Notes: generated by a model not told the origin, from the sequence alone. A stretch of 64,000 nt of DNA from Lachnospiraceae bacterium (GCA_017526745.1 JAFXQX010000001.1:530-64529), one strand, 5' to 3'; positions 1 through 9,284 are shown, counted from the stretch's first letter. Numbers and translations: made by a program.

Positions 1-37
1 AGTAATACCCGTGCCGGTTCGACCCCGGCCTGCGGCA
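1..37 (+). tRNA. 3' end of a tRNA gene truncated by the window edge
   Basis: A T-arm GCCGG-TTCGACC-CCGGC (13-29) is followed by the 7-nt acceptor strand CTGCGGC and discriminator A. The anticodon lies outside the window, so the tRNA identity is unknown. Confidence 0.4.
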
Positions 38-59
38 CTTTCCATATGGAGGACATAAA

Positions 60-374
60 ATGGATACTATTGAGTTCAGGTATGATACCCAGCTTCTTCT
101 TGACTTCTATATAAAAGAAGGAGAAGATGCGGACGATGTGGCGGATGACCTGGTGGATCAGATAAGGGATCATATCCTTGAGAACTTCAAAGGCGATTCA
201 ATGGTCGTTGCCGGTGACTCGGGTGAAGATGATTTTGGCGAGAAGGCCATAGTAAAGCTTCATTATCATACCAATGAGCCGTGGCTCGTACTTGAATATT
301 GCAGATCTATCGGTGAGATCTACGATATCGTCGTTGAGGACATGGATCGCCAGTCAAGAGACCTAAAGGGGTAA
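60..374 (+). CDS. small acidic hypothetical protein (104 aa)
   Basis: A GGAGG RBS lies 7 nt upstream of the ATG. The segment GDSMVVAGD...VKLHYHTNEPWLVLEY...IYDIVVEDMDRQ resembles, from memory, the C-terminal region of DAK2/FakA (YloV)-type proteins. I have not verified this. Confidence 0.5.
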   Translation: MDTIEFRYDTQLLLDFYIKEGEDADDVADDLVDQIRDHILENFKGDSMVVAGDSGEDDFGEKAIVKLHYHTNEPWLVLEYCRSIGEIYDIVVEDMDRQSRDLKG

Positions 375-411
375 GTTCTTACAAAACTGATAACCCGGAT
401 ACCCGCAGCCG

Positions 412-1236
412 TTAATTGTTTTGCGGTTCGATCGGAACGACCAGACGGAAACAATATTCCCGAGGAGCTGCGTGTTTGTTTACATAGGGTGCCATAATTC
501 CGATAAATCGCGTCCGGCCGGCCGGATGAAGTTTTCTTTCGTCAATTTCTCTCCAGAAACGGTCGCAAAAATCATTTATTATCGTATAATCTCCGTAAGC
601 AAGAGCTGAGAACGCGTGTACAGCCGGAAATGTCTGCAGGCGCGGATCTTCAGATCCTGATGCGGCAACGGGAATACATGCCGTTATCGTATGAGTTGTA
701 CCTAAACTGTTGAAATGATTCCGGTATTCATCGTCGCTGAGCCCGAAAAGCGGTTCGGTCTCCTGCATGCGGAATCCGTCCATGATACTCTGCTGATGAA
801 CCAGATAGAAAAAGGCTTCACTTTCTTCCGGAGAAGATATTTCCTTTGAAATACAGTAACAGACTGTCTTCGGAAGGTCCAAAATAGAAAAACTGAAATG
901 ACGGGATGGATCATGTCTTATCTCAAGTTCTTCGAGAACCCGCTGCATTTCCCCAAGTCTTTTGCGCTGTTCTTTCAAAAATGTTTTGATATCCCCTTTT
1001 TCATGGAAATAATCCGAAATCTCGGAACGTGACATGCCAAGTCGTTGCAGGAGAAGGTACTGTCCCACTTCTGCAGCATTATGCGCATCATAGTATCTGT
1101 AACCTGTGTCGGGATTGACATGGCTAGGAGTCAGAACCCCGCTTTCTTCCATTCGGATCAGGGTTTTTCGGCTGATCCCGCAGGCGTGTGCGAATTCAGA
1201 GATTGAAAACAAGTACATATTATCGGGATAATTCAC
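412..1236 (-). CDS. MerR-family transcriptional regulator with a GyrI-like effector-binding C-terminal domain (BmrR-like)
   Basis: The N-terminal HTH FSISEFAHACGISRKTLIRMEESGVLTP...TGYRYYD is typical of MerR regulators. It is followed by a coiled-coil linker and a ~150-aa C-terminal domain. Confidence 0.8.
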   Translation of the reverse strand: MNYPDNMYLFSISEFAHACGISRKTLIRMEESGVLTPSHVNPDTGYRYYDAHNAAEVGQYLLLQRLGMSRSEISDYFHEKGDIKTFLKEQRKRLGEMQRVLEELEIRHDPSRHFSFSILDLPKTVCYCISKEISSPEESEAFFYLVHQQSIMDGFRMQETEPLFGLSDDEYRNHFNSLGTTHTITACIPVAASGSEDPRLQTFPAVHAFSALAYGDYTIINDFCDRFWREIDERKLHPAGRTRFIGIMAPYVNKHAAPREYCFRLVVPIEPQNN

Positions 1237-1258
1237 CGTTTAGGCCCTCCTGATGATA

Positions 1259-1289
1259 TTGACTTGATCATGGGTGATCACGATATGAT
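1259..1289 (+). promoter_or_regulatory. MerR-type promoter with a 19-bp spacer containing a dyad
   Basis: TTGACT (1259-1264), a 19-nt spacer TGATCAtgggTGATCAcga, then TATGAT (1284-1289). It points toward the lipoprotein gene at 1363. Confidence 0.6.
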
Positions 1290-1362
1290 TATATAACCAT
1301 GAAGTGTATAGTCAATACATTAACAGGGAGAAAATCAAATGATCAAGGAGGGTTACTATGCC

Positions 1363-3174
1363 ATGAAGAGAAGGATCTTTGCGATTATAATTGCAAGCAT
1401 TATGGTAATAAGCCTTGCCGGTTGCGGTGGTTCGGCACCAAATGTGAACGTTGATGTCAGGGATGAGGCCGAGACAGGATCGGAGTCGGTTGAAGCAAGT
1501 CAGGAAAAGGGCGAAGCCGACTCTGATGAGGAAAGAGTCACGACTCCGGAGTCGTACACAGTTGAAGAAAAGACTGTTCCGATGTATATCGCATCTGCAG
1601 ATAATAAGCAGGAGATCAAGCTTTATTTTGTCAACAACGGGATAGTTCCGTATATCTCCGTCGCAGATATTTCCGGAATCCTTAAACAGGTATATGAATG
1701 TGATAATCCGGCAAAGGATTTTTATAAGCTGGAATACACAACTGACGACGATCATGCAGTCATTTCCAGAGGCTTATATACGGCGGATTTTGATGTCGCC
1801 AATGACACGATAACATTTGGAGATTATGATGCATTCTTCAAGATGGAGGGGAGCCTCCTTGTTGATATGGTCTCCCTTACGGCCAATACCGAAAAACTGT
1901 ATCAGCAAAGCCCCCTTTCGACGGACAGATACGGTAAGAGCATAGTATTTGACCTTAAGCCTTATGAGATCGATCTTGTAAAAGACGTGGGTGGGTATTA
2001 TGTTCCGTTGCAGACTGCTAGCGATGTTTTTTTCAGTTATTATGGCAAATGGGCCCTGTTCAACGGTGATTGTGTAATCGTAGGCGATGATCTTGATGAA
2101 AAACTCAAAGAGATCTTTAGCTCGGGAAGCGGTGAATGGACAGCGGAACTTGCCCGGTTCTCTTATAATGAAACCTGTTTTGTGCTCGATTACGAGTATG
2201 GATTAAAGGAACAACACGATATTGACAGTTTTGACAGGCTTTTGAGTGATACGGGGCTTAAGGAAGAGCTGCTCAGTACAGACGAGACTGTTTCCGAAGG
2301 GGCAATGTATAAGCTGATATATTTATACCTGGGAGATCTGCACAGCCAGTTCACCGGACTGTCATATCTGGCTGACCGGGATAAGTTTATGGAGATAATT
2401 GCTCCTATAGGTAAGGGACTTGCGGGTACAGCAAGAGATAATGACATGGCAGAACTGCTGGCTGCAAGAGAAGCGAATTATCCGGACGGTATCCCGGCTT
2501 ATGAGGAAGTGTGGAACACGGCCTATATCACGTTCGACCAGTTTATGGACAGAAGCCCGGATATAGATTATTATGCACAGCCGACTGAAGAAGATAACAG
2601 TGAAGTCGATACAGTAAGGCTTATGCAGTATTCATGCGCTCAGATCCTCAGAGAAGACAGTCCTATAGAGAATGTTGTGATGGATCTGTCACTCAACGGC
2701 GGTGGAGATACGGGAACTGCTGAATATGTTATGGCTCTGTTCCTGGGGCAGGCCGATCTGAGTACGAAAGATACGCTTACGGGTGCCATGACCGATGCAG
2801 TATATACTATAGACACGAATCTTGATGGAAAGTTTGATGAGAGTGATACCCTTGCGGGTAAAGGACTTCACCTGTTCTGTCTCGAGTCTCCGGTAAGTTT
2901 CTCATGCGGAAATCTTGTTCCCAATGCCTTTAAGGCGTCCCACAAAGTCACGATACTCGGGCAGGAATCAGGAGGCGGCTCCTGTGCGATCCATCCGTTA
3001 TGTACGGCCGGAGGAAGCCGCTATCAGGTTTCGGGCTACAGGATGTTTTCCGTTATGAAGAACGGTTCCTTCTATGATGTTGACAGAGGGGCGGACCCCG
3101 ACTATTTCATCGGAGATGTCAACCGGTTCTATGACCGTAAGGAACTGACAGAGTATATCAACAGTCTGAACTGA
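1363..3174 (+). CDS. secreted lipoprotein with a peptidase S41-like C-terminal domain
   Basis: An AAGGAGGG RBS precedes the ATG at 1363. The signal peptide plus lipobox is MKRRIFAIIIASIMVISLAGC. The segments DLSLNGGGD and ILGQESGGGSC resemble S41 (tail-specific protease family) motifs. The ORF track starts 8 codons earlier. Confidence 0.55.
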   Translation: MKRRIFAIIIASIMVISLAGCGGSAPNVNVDVRDEAETGSESVEASQEKGEADSDEERVTTPESYTVEEKTVPMYIASADNKQEIKLYFVNNGIVPYISVADISGILKQVYECDNPAKDFYKLEYTTDDDHAVISRGLYTADFDVANDTITFGDYDAFFKMEGSLLVDMVSLTANTEKLYQQSPLSTDRYGKSIVFDLKPYEIDLVKDVGGYYVPLQTASDVFFSYYGKWALFNGDCVIVGDDLDEKLKEIFSSGSGEWTAELARFSYNETCFVLDYEYGLKEQHDIDSFDRLLSDTGLKEELLSTDETVSEGAMYKLIYLYLGDLHSQFTGLSYLADRDKFMEIIAPIGKGLAGTARDNDMAELLAAREANYPDGIPAYEEVWNTAYITFDQFMDRSPDIDYYAQPTEEDNSEVDTVRLMQYSCAQILREDSPIENVVMDLSLNGGGDTGTAEYVMALFLGQADLSTKDTLTGAMTDAVYTIDTNLDGKFDESDTLAGKGLHLFCLESPVSFSCGNLVPNAFKASHKVTILGQESGGGSCAIHPLCTAGGSRYQVSGYRMFSVMKNGSFYDVDRGADPDYFIGDVNRFYDRKELTEYINSLN

Positions 3175-3219
3175 CGGTCATATTACGATTCACATTACTA
3201 GCATATTTTTAAGATAAGG

Positions 3220-3250
3220 ACAGCGTGTTAACCTTCCGTTAACACGCTGT
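3220..3250 (+). terminator. hairpin terminator after the lipoprotein gene
   Basis: A perfect 13-bp stem ACAGCGTGTTAAC / GTTAACACGCTGT with loop CTTCC. The downstream T tract is weak. Confidence 0.5.
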
Positions 3251-3264
3251 TCATATCTTGTTCA

Positions 3265-3280
3265 CGAAAACCTTTAAGGA
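3265..3280 (+). promoter_or_regulatory. operator-like site (variant copy) upstream of the ABC importer
   Basis: CGAAAACCTTTAAGGA matches 14 of 16 positions of the 16-mer at 3419 and 57939. Confidence 0.35.
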
Positions 3281-3382
3281 ATTTACGTAATTTTCTTAAG
3301 CAAAGTTGACAAAATCGAGAGATGATTCTTGAAAGTTTTACCCAAAATGTAAATAGTGCCCAATGAATTCTTGAAAAAGGGG

Positions 3383-3411
3383 TTGCAAAATTAGAATTAT
3401 TGCAATATACT
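3383..3411 (+). promoter_or_regulatory. sigma-A-like promoter of the sugar ABC importer
   Basis: TTGCAA (3383-3388), a 17-nt spacer, then TATACT (3406-3411). Confidence 0.55.
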
Positions 3412-3417
3412 ACATTT

Positions 3418-3434
3418 ACGAAAACGATTAAGGA
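3418..3434 (+). promoter_or_regulatory. operator-like 17-mer immediately downstream of the -10 box
   Basis: ACGAAAACGATTAAGGA is identical to 57938-57954 upstream of the LacI-family gene. It has a LacI-type AAACG/CGATT core. Confidence 0.5.
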
Positions 3435-3491
3435 AACTTTTTCGGGATCAACAAACCATTTTAATTCATTAAAAAGGGAGGAAAACGAGTA

Positions 3492-4916
3492 ATGAAGAAG
3501 AAAGTACTTAGCACTTTACTTGCTACTGCTATGGTTGCAAGCTTACTTGCAGGTTGCGGCTCACAGGCAGCAGCACCCGCAGCAGATGCAGCAGCACCCG
3601 CAGCAACAGAGGAAGCAGCTCCTGCAGAGGAAGCAGCTCCCGCAGACGAAGCACCCGCAGAGGAAGCAGCTCCTGCCGGTGACGAAGGAAAGATCCTTAA
3701 CATTTACTGCTGGAATGAAGAATTCAAGTCACGTCTTACAGATCACTATCCCGGATACGAAGAAGTTGACGGTACAACAGGTAAGATCGGTGATGTAGAA
3801 GTTAAGTGGAACATCACACCTTCAGAGAACAACGCATACCAGAACAACCTTGACGCAGCTCTTCTTAAGCAGGCTGACGCTTCAGCTGATGAGAAGATCG
3901 ACCTCTTCCTTGTTGAGGCTGACTATGCTCTTAAGTATGTTGATACAGATTACACAGAGGCAGTTTCAGACTTCGGTCTTACAGATGCTGACCTTGCAGA
4001 ACAGTATGATTACACCAAGAAGATCGTTACAGATTCCAACGGAGTTCTTAAGGGTGTTTCATGGCAGGCTTGCCCCGCGATCATGTTCTATAACAGAGAG
4101 ATCGCTAAGGAAGTACTTGGTTCTGACGAGGCTGATAAGGTCCAGGAACAGGTTAAGGATTGGGCTGCATTCAAGGCTACAGCTGATAAGCTTAAAGATG
4201 CCGGCTATCAGGCATGCTCATCAGTAAACGACACATTCCGTGTATATTCAAACAACGTTTCATCCAAATGGGTTGATGGCGACAAGATCAACATCGACAA
4301 GAACATCGAGAACTGGGTTAATGATTCCAAGGCACTTGTAGATGCCGGCGAAGCAGGAACACATGATCTTTGGTCTGATGACTGGTCAAAGGGCTTCTTC
4401 AAGGATGGTAAGGTATTTGCTTACTTCGGACCCGCTTGGTTCATCAACTTCTGTATGTCATGTGATCAGGAAGGTTCCGTTGGTATCGACGGCGGATGGG
4501 GCGCGACAGTTGGTCCTCAGCCTTTCTTCTGGGGCGGCACATGGATCTGCGGCGCAACAGGAACAGATAACGCAACTCTTGTTGGCGATATCATGAAGAC
4601 AATGACATGCAACGCAGACGTTATGAAAGAGATCGTTCAGAAGGACGACGACTTCGCAAACAACAAGAAGGCTATGGCTGAAATGGCAGCTTCCGATTAC
4701 ACATCAAAGGTTCTCGGCGGAATCAATCCCCTTCCTATGTACATGGAAGGTGCTGAGAAGATCGACCTTTCAAACCTGTCAGCTTATGATCAGGGATGTA
4801 ACGAGAGCTTCCAGAACAGCATGAAGGACTACTTCCTCGGAAATGCTACATATGAAGAGGCACTTGACACATTCTACAAGAGTGTTGTTGAGAAGTATCC
4901 TGAGCTTACATACTAA
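3492..4916 (+). CDS. ABC transporter substrate-binding lipoprotein (carbohydrate type)
   Basis: The signal peptide and lipobox are LLAGCGS. A long Ala/Pro/Glu linker follows, then a family-1 sugar SBP-like body. Two MalF/MalG-type permease genes lie downstream. Confidence 0.8.
   Translation: MKKKVLSTLLATAMVASLLAGCGSQAAAPAADAAAPAATEEAAPAEEAAPADEAPAEEAAPAGDEGKILNIYCWNEEFKSRLTDHYPGYEEVDGTTGKIGDVEVKWNITPSENNAYQNNLDAALLKQADASADEKIDLFLVEADYALKYVDTDYTEAVSDFGLTDADLAEQYDYTKKIVTDSNGVLKGVSWQACPAIMFYNREIAKEVLGSDEADKVQEQVKDWAAFKATADKLKDAGYQACSSVNDTFRVYSNNVSSKWVDGDKINIDKNIENWVNDSKALVDAGEAGTHDLWSDDWSKGFFKDGKVFAYFGPAWFINFCMSCDQEGSVGIDGGWGATVGPQPFFWGGTWICGATGTDNATLVGDIMKTMTCNADVMKEIVQKDDDFANNKKAMAEMAASDYTSKVLGGINPLPMYMEGAEKIDLSNLSAYDQGCNESFQNSMKDYFLGNATYEEALDTFYKSVVEKYPELTY
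3566..3680 (+). repeat. in-frame low-complexity tandem repeats encoding the (A/E/P)-rich linker of the SBP
   Basis: GCAGCAGCACCCGCAGCA occurs twice and GAGGAAGCAGCTCCYGCAGA about three times, giving the protein segment AAAPAADAAAPAATEEAAPAEEAAPADEAPAEEAAPAGDE. Confidence 0.8.
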
Positions 4917-4950
4917 TCAAAGCATTCTGATATTTGATCTAATGTTAAGA

Positions 4951-4987
4951 AATGCGCCTGCCTATAGTGGGCAGGCGCTTTCTTTAT
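4951..4987 (+). terminator. intrinsic terminator or attenuator between the SBP and permease genes
   Basis: The stem GCGCCTGCC / GGCAGGCGC is followed by TTTCTTTAT. Confidence 0.7.
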
Positions 4988-5128
4988 AAAAATCACACCG
5001 GAAATATGATACAATAGTGCCGTAAGGTTTGGCTGAGCGGACTAGATCGTTTAGGACATTCACCCAAGCTTTTGCGGGCCGGATCACATATCCGGCAGGG
5101 TTTATTAAAGAGAAGGAGGGATTTTTTT

Positions 5129-6085
5129 ATGGCGAACGGGCCGAAAACGGGTAACAGCCGGGTCGTAAAGTATAACAAGTGGGGTTATATCTTCCTCATC
5201 CCCTTTGTTCTGGTATATCTGGTATTCCAGATGATCCCGCTGATCACGACAATCTACAACAGTTTCTTTGAAAACTATATGTCAGGTCTGAAACAGATAG
5301 GACCGAATTTTATAGGGTTGGAAAACTATAAGGAGATCGTTTCAAACGGTGACCTTATTAACTACACCAGAAACACTCTTATAATGTGGGTTCTGGGATT
5401 TGTTCCACAGATCTTTTTCTCACTCCTTCTCGGTGCGTGGTTTTCGGATCAGAGGCTCAGAGTAAGGTGCGCGGGATTTTTCAAAACGGTGATCTATCTT
5501 CCCAACCTTATCATGGCGGCTTCGTTTGCGATGCTGTTCTTCACGCTGTTTGCTGATTCGGGTCCGATCAATACAACGCTTATAAACTGGGGCGTATTCT
5601 CCGAACCTTACAAGTTCCTTGAGCATGCGGCCGGTTCCCGGGGACTCGTTGCTTTCATGAACTTCCTCATGTGGTTCGGTAATACGACGATCCTTCTGAT
5701 GGCCGGCATGATGGGAATTGACGGATCGCTCTTTGAAGCAGCCCAGGTTGACGGTGCAACATCAACGCAGGTGTTCTTCAGGATAACGCTGCCGCTGCTT
5801 CGTCCGATACTTCTCTATGTGATGATCACATCGCTTATCGGCGGTCTGCAGATGTTCGATGTTCCTCAGGTCCTGACAAACGGAAAGGGAAATCCTGCCA
5901 GAATGTCAATGACGCTTATCATGTACCTGAACAATCATCTGTATTCGAAGAACTTCGGTATGGCCGGTGCTCTTTCGGTGTTCCTGTTCATAATCACGGG
6001 TATACTGAGTCTGCTGGTTTACAGGTTCTCTGTACGTGACAACAATGCGGATGAAGTAAAAAAACGCAGCAGGAATAAAGCATAA
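5129..6085 (+). CDS. ABC sugar transporter permease (MalF/UgpA-like)
   Basis: An AAGGAGGG RBS precedes the ATG at 5129 (MANGPKTG). The protein has six predicted TM helices and the EAA-loop region FEAAQVDGATSTQVFFRITLPLLRP. Confidence 0.85.
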   Translation: MANGPKTGNSRVVKYNKWGYIFLIPFVLVYLVFQMIPLITTIYNSFFENYMSGLKQIGPNFIGLENYKEIVSNGDLINYTRNTLIMWVLGFVPQIFFSLLLGAWFSDQRLRVRCAGFFKTVIYLPNLIMAASFAMLFFTLFADSGPINTTLINWGVFSEPYKFLEHAAGSRGLVAFMNFLMWFGNTTILLMAGMMGIDGSLFEAAQVDGATSTQVFFRITLPLLRPILLYVMITSLIGGLQMFDVPQVLTNGKGNPARMSMTLIMYLNNHLYSKNFGMAGALSVFLFIITGILSLLVYRFSVRDNNADEVKKRSRNKA

Positions 6086-6099
6086 GGAGGGAAGCCCAA

Positions 6100-6966
6100 A
6101 TGAGACAGGACAAAGAATACAATGTTGAAGGCGGTTTGGGACTGACCGTCAGAAGAGTGATAGCATATACGGTACTGATTTTACTTACATTCCTGTGCCT
6201 TTTCTGGTTCTATATACTGTTTGTGAACGCATCAAGGGCACACTCGGACCTTGCCAGAGGTTTTACGCTTGTTCCGGGTTCGTACCTGATCAAGAACTGG
6301 AAGGCTGTCATGGGTGGTACACAGCCGATAGTCAAAGGTATGGTCAACTCGTTTATCGTTGCGGCGTGTGCATCGGTCCTTTCGGTGTATTTTTCCACAA
6401 TGACGGCTTATGCGATCCATGTATATGATTTCAAGGCCAAGAAAGCGATATTTACGTTCATCCTTGCGGTAATGATGATACCGACACAGGTCACCGCACT
6501 CGGATTCATAAAACTGGTACAGGGCATCAAACTTGAAAACAGCTTTATCCCGCTTGTCATACCTGCGATCGCAGCACCTGCGACCTTCTATTACATGAAA
6601 CAGTACATGGAGAGCGCACTTCCTCATGCTATCGTTGAAGCGGCGAGAATAGACGGTGCCAATGAGGTCAGAACGTTTAATACGATCTCAATGCCTATGA
6701 TGAAGCCGGCTATAGCCGTTCAGCTGATATTCACATTCGTGTTCAACTGGAACAATTACTTCACACCGGCACTGATCCTTCATGATGATAAGAAGAAGAC
6801 ACTGCCGATCCTGATCGCCCAGCTTCGTTCCGCAGACTTTCTGAAGTTCGACATGGGCCAGGTTTATGTAACGATCGCTTTTTCGATATTCCCTGTTATA
6901 GTTGTTTACCTTTGCTTATCAAGGTTTATCGTTGGCGGTGTTGCGCTCGGCTCGGTCAAGGGCTGA
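6100..6966 (+). CDS. ABC sugar transporter permease (MalG/UgpE-like)
   Basis: The EAA loop is VEAARIDGANEVRTFNTISMPMMKP and the protein is polytopic. Confidence 0.85.
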   Translation: MRQDKEYNVEGGLGLTVRRVIAYTVLILLTFLCLFWFYILFVNASRAHSDLARGFTLVPGSYLIKNWKAVMGGTQPIVKGMVNSFIVAACASVLSVYFSTMTAYAIHVYDFKAKKAIFTFILAVMMIPTQVTALGFIKLVQGIKLENSFIPLVIPAIAAPATFYYMKQYMESALPHAIVEAARIDGANEVRTFNTISMPMMKPAIAVQLIFTFVFNWNNYFTPALILHDDKKKTLPILIAQLRSADFLKFDMGQVYVTIAFSIFPVIVVYLCLSRFIVGGVALGSVKG

Positions 6967-6972
6967 CGACAA

Positions 6973-7015
6973 GCATAAAAATAATGGCCGGCATTGCCGG
7001 CCATTATTTTTATGC
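6973..7015. terminator. strong bidirectional terminator hairpin
   Basis: A perfect 20-bp stem GCATAAAAATAATGGCCGGC / GCCGGCCATTATTTTTATGC with a 3-nt loop, flanked by A and T runs on both sides. Confidence 0.8.
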
Positions 7016-7203
7016 TCTTTGCAACCTGACGCTGAGTCTCCATCTCGATTTGTCTCGACTGTTCCATTTGTTCCGTTATATCAATGAATATCCCTATTGT
7101 TGTCCTTCTTTGCATGGCTCTTTTGATCTTATAATCCCTCAAGTACTATCAACTCCTCCATACTAGTAGTATGATGAGAATTCAATCAAAAAACGAAAAT
7201 CGG

Positions 7204-8064
7204 TCACCCCACCATCTTCTTTATGAACCGTGCAAGTCCCTCAGGCCACTTTCTGTCTTCGGAAAGGTTTGTATCACCTAACGGGATCAGCTTGTTCTTC
7301 CCGTGATAATCGCTTCCCGCAGTCATGTACAGATCATACTTTTCGGCAAAGCCGATCATTTCCTCCTCGATCTTGGGCGTAAAACCGGAATAGAATGTCT
7401 CCATGCCCTGAAGACCGAATCCGATCAGCTTTTTAAGACGTGCATCCATTTCTGCCCCGAGGATGAGCTGGTCTCCGCTTCCGTATGCGGGGTGGGCCAG
7501 AACGGGGATCCCTCCGCTTCCGAGGATACCTTTGATAGCATCTTCGGGCCGGACGTAGTCTCCGGAAAATGATTTTTTGTTAAGATAGTTGTCTATCGCA
7601 TCTTTCTTGTCGGCGGCATATCCGTACTTGACCATAAGATTGGCTATATGGGGTTTCCCGGGGCTTGAGAGAGCATGTAGTTTATCCACTTCCTTATCCG
7701 GGAATGTAAAACCGAATTCGGATGCGATAAAATCAAGCCGCTTGTTGAGCTTGTCCATCCTGTACAGGTGCCCTTCGTCGAGCACGTCCAGGATCGGACG
7801 AGTGGCCGAATCGTACCCGTATCCAAGAATATGGTATTTACCATCCTCATCCCTGCAGGAGAATTCAACTCCCGGGATGAAGACCGGGTCGTCTGCTCCC
7901 AGCATGTTTTCGATCATCATACAGCCCATAATGTCGTCGTGGTCGGTAAGGGCGAAAATCCCTATACCGGCGTTTCTGACCTTCTCCAGGATCTCTTTGG
8001 GGGCATCCGTTCCGTCAGAGACTGACGAGTGCATATGAAGATCGATCTTTTTTTGTTCCATCAA
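7204..8064 (-). CDS. PHP-domain metal-dependent phosphoesterase (COG0613, TrpH/YciV-like)
   Basis: Metal-ligand motifs are visible: DLHMHSSVSDG, ALTDHD, VLAHP and GSDYHG. Confidence 0.75.
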   Translation of the reverse strand: MMEQKKIDLHMHSSVSDGTDAPKEILEKVRNAGIGIFALTDHDDIMGCMMIENMLGADDPVFIPGVEFSCRDEDGKYHILGYGYDSATRPILDVLDEGHLYRMDKLNKRLDFIASEFGFTFPDKEVDKLHALSSPGKPHIANLMVKYGYAADKKDAIDNYLNKKSFSGDYVRPEDAIKGILGSGGIPVLAHPAYGSGDQLILGAEMDARLKKLIGFGLQGMETFYSGFTPKIEEEMIGFAEKYDLYMTAGSDYHGKNKLIPLGDTNLSEDRKWPEGLARFIKKMVG

Positions 8065-8086
8065 TGTATGAATCCTTCTAAATATA

Positions 8087-9253
8087 TCAGAACAGCAGGG
8101 TATCTACCTTCCCGAGCAGTTCGAGCAGTTCGCCTTTCCACAGTTCGATCTCGTTGCGGCCTTTTTCGGTCTCAAGCCCCTTACGGCGTATGGACCGGCG
8201 GATCATGCGTGTATAGCCGATGATGCGGGCTTTGTCCTCGATCTTTCTGATCTTTGTCTCGTCATCAGTATCAAGATACTCCTTGAGGGTCATATCCCAG
8301 AATGTACGTCCGGTCTTGTTGTCAAACCCCTGGAAGTGGCGTATTACCTCGGGATCATATTCCGAGTATCCCACAAATGAATTAAACATCGATGCGAGCT
8401 CAAATATGGGATGTCCAACAGCAAGCGTGTCCATATCGATGAGAAGCACCTCGTCATTCTGAAGTTCGAGATTTTTGGTGTGGTAGTCCCCGTGAAGCAT
8501 GTGATTGTTATAAGGTACGGCCTCGACGAGTGAATATAGCTTGTTTGCGGCATCCTCCGGAAGATAGTCCTTCATGAAACCGGCCCATGAGAGTGCGGTC
8601 TCACGCATGTCGGGAAGCTTTCCGTCGGGAACTTCCGTATCATGGATCTTATGGAGCATTTTCACAAACTCCCTGACACACCATGTTATCTTGTCGGGGT
8701 CGTTAGACAGGATATTGGAGAAAGACTTCGCATTGAGCAGCTCGAAGACCGATCCGTAGCTGTCTCCGACCTTTACGACATCATATGAGATGGCTGTGGG
8801 GATTCCGAGGATAAGGGCCAGCTTTGCCACTTCACGCTCATGCTTGATATCATCAAGGGCATCGGCGTTGTTGTAGACCTTTACAACGTTGTCCTGATCT
8901 ATGCGGTAGATGGTTCCGTTAGCTCCACGTCCGATCTCTTCGCATCCTTCGACGGAAACGTTCCTGTAGGCCTTTTCGACCGGAAGCATTTCCGTGAATC
9001 CGGTCATTTCAAGTATTCCGTAGATGTCCGGATTGACGTTTACGATCTTGACCGCGTTGCAGGATTTTTTCAGGCGAAGTATGACTCGAAGCCCTGCGCT
9101 CGAGATATACTTAAGTGCTCCGGCATCAAGCGTTACAGCAGAAGCATTTTTGCCTTCCAGCCGGGAGAATATGTCGCTCTCCACATCAGAAGCGTTGTTG
9201 GAATCGATCCTTCCTTCAAGGGAAATGGTAAGATCATCTTTGTTTTCGGGCAT
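8087..9253 (-). CDS. fusion protein: N-terminal STAS domain plus a C-terminal aminoglycoside-phosphotransferase/protein-kinase-like fold
   Basis: The STAS segment reads TLDAGALKYISSAGLRVILRLKK. The kinase-fold motifs are IGRGANGTIYRI...VVKVY (G-loop plus Lys) and HGDYHTKNLELQNDEVLLIDMDT (HGDxHxxN...IDxD). Confidence 0.7.
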   Translation of the reverse strand: MPENKDDLTISLEGRIDSNNASDVESDIFSRLEGKNASAVTLDAGALKYISSAGLRVILRLKKSCNAVKIVNVNPDIYGILEMTGFTEMLPVEKAYRNVSVEGCEEIGRGANGTIYRIDQDNVVKVYNNADALDDIKHEREVAKLALILGIPTAISYDVVKVGDSYGSVFELLNAKSFSNILSNDPDKITWCVREFVKMLHKIHDTEVPDGKLPDMRETALSWAGFMKDYLPEDAANKLYSLVEAVPYNNHMLHGDYHTKNLELQNDEVLLIDMDTLAVGHPIFELASMFNSFVGYSEYDPEVIRHFQGFDNKTGRTFWDMTLKEYLDTDDETKIRKIEDKARIIGYTRMIRRSIRRKGLETEKGRNEIELWKGELLELLGKVDTLLF

Positions 9254-9284
9254 TTTCTTTCCTCCTGTGTTTTATTTGCCGGTC

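Noticed and set aside
3461-3703. An 80-aa minus-strand poly-Ala/Ser ORF, and the plus-strand alternative-frame ORF 3520-3798.
   Set aside because: Both are frame shadows of the low-complexity GCA/GCT-rich linker region of the SBP gene.
6906-7142. A 78-aa minus-strand ORF with a GGAGGAG RBS and TTG start. Its N-terminal part (IFIDITEQMEQSRQIEMETQRQ) recalls the DITERK linker that follows PAS domains.
   Set aside because: The frame runs straight through the perfect 20-bp terminator hairpin and 60 nt into the permease gene. Only about 40 codons lie in unique sequence. At best it is a decayed gene remnant, and I cannot support that without homology searches.
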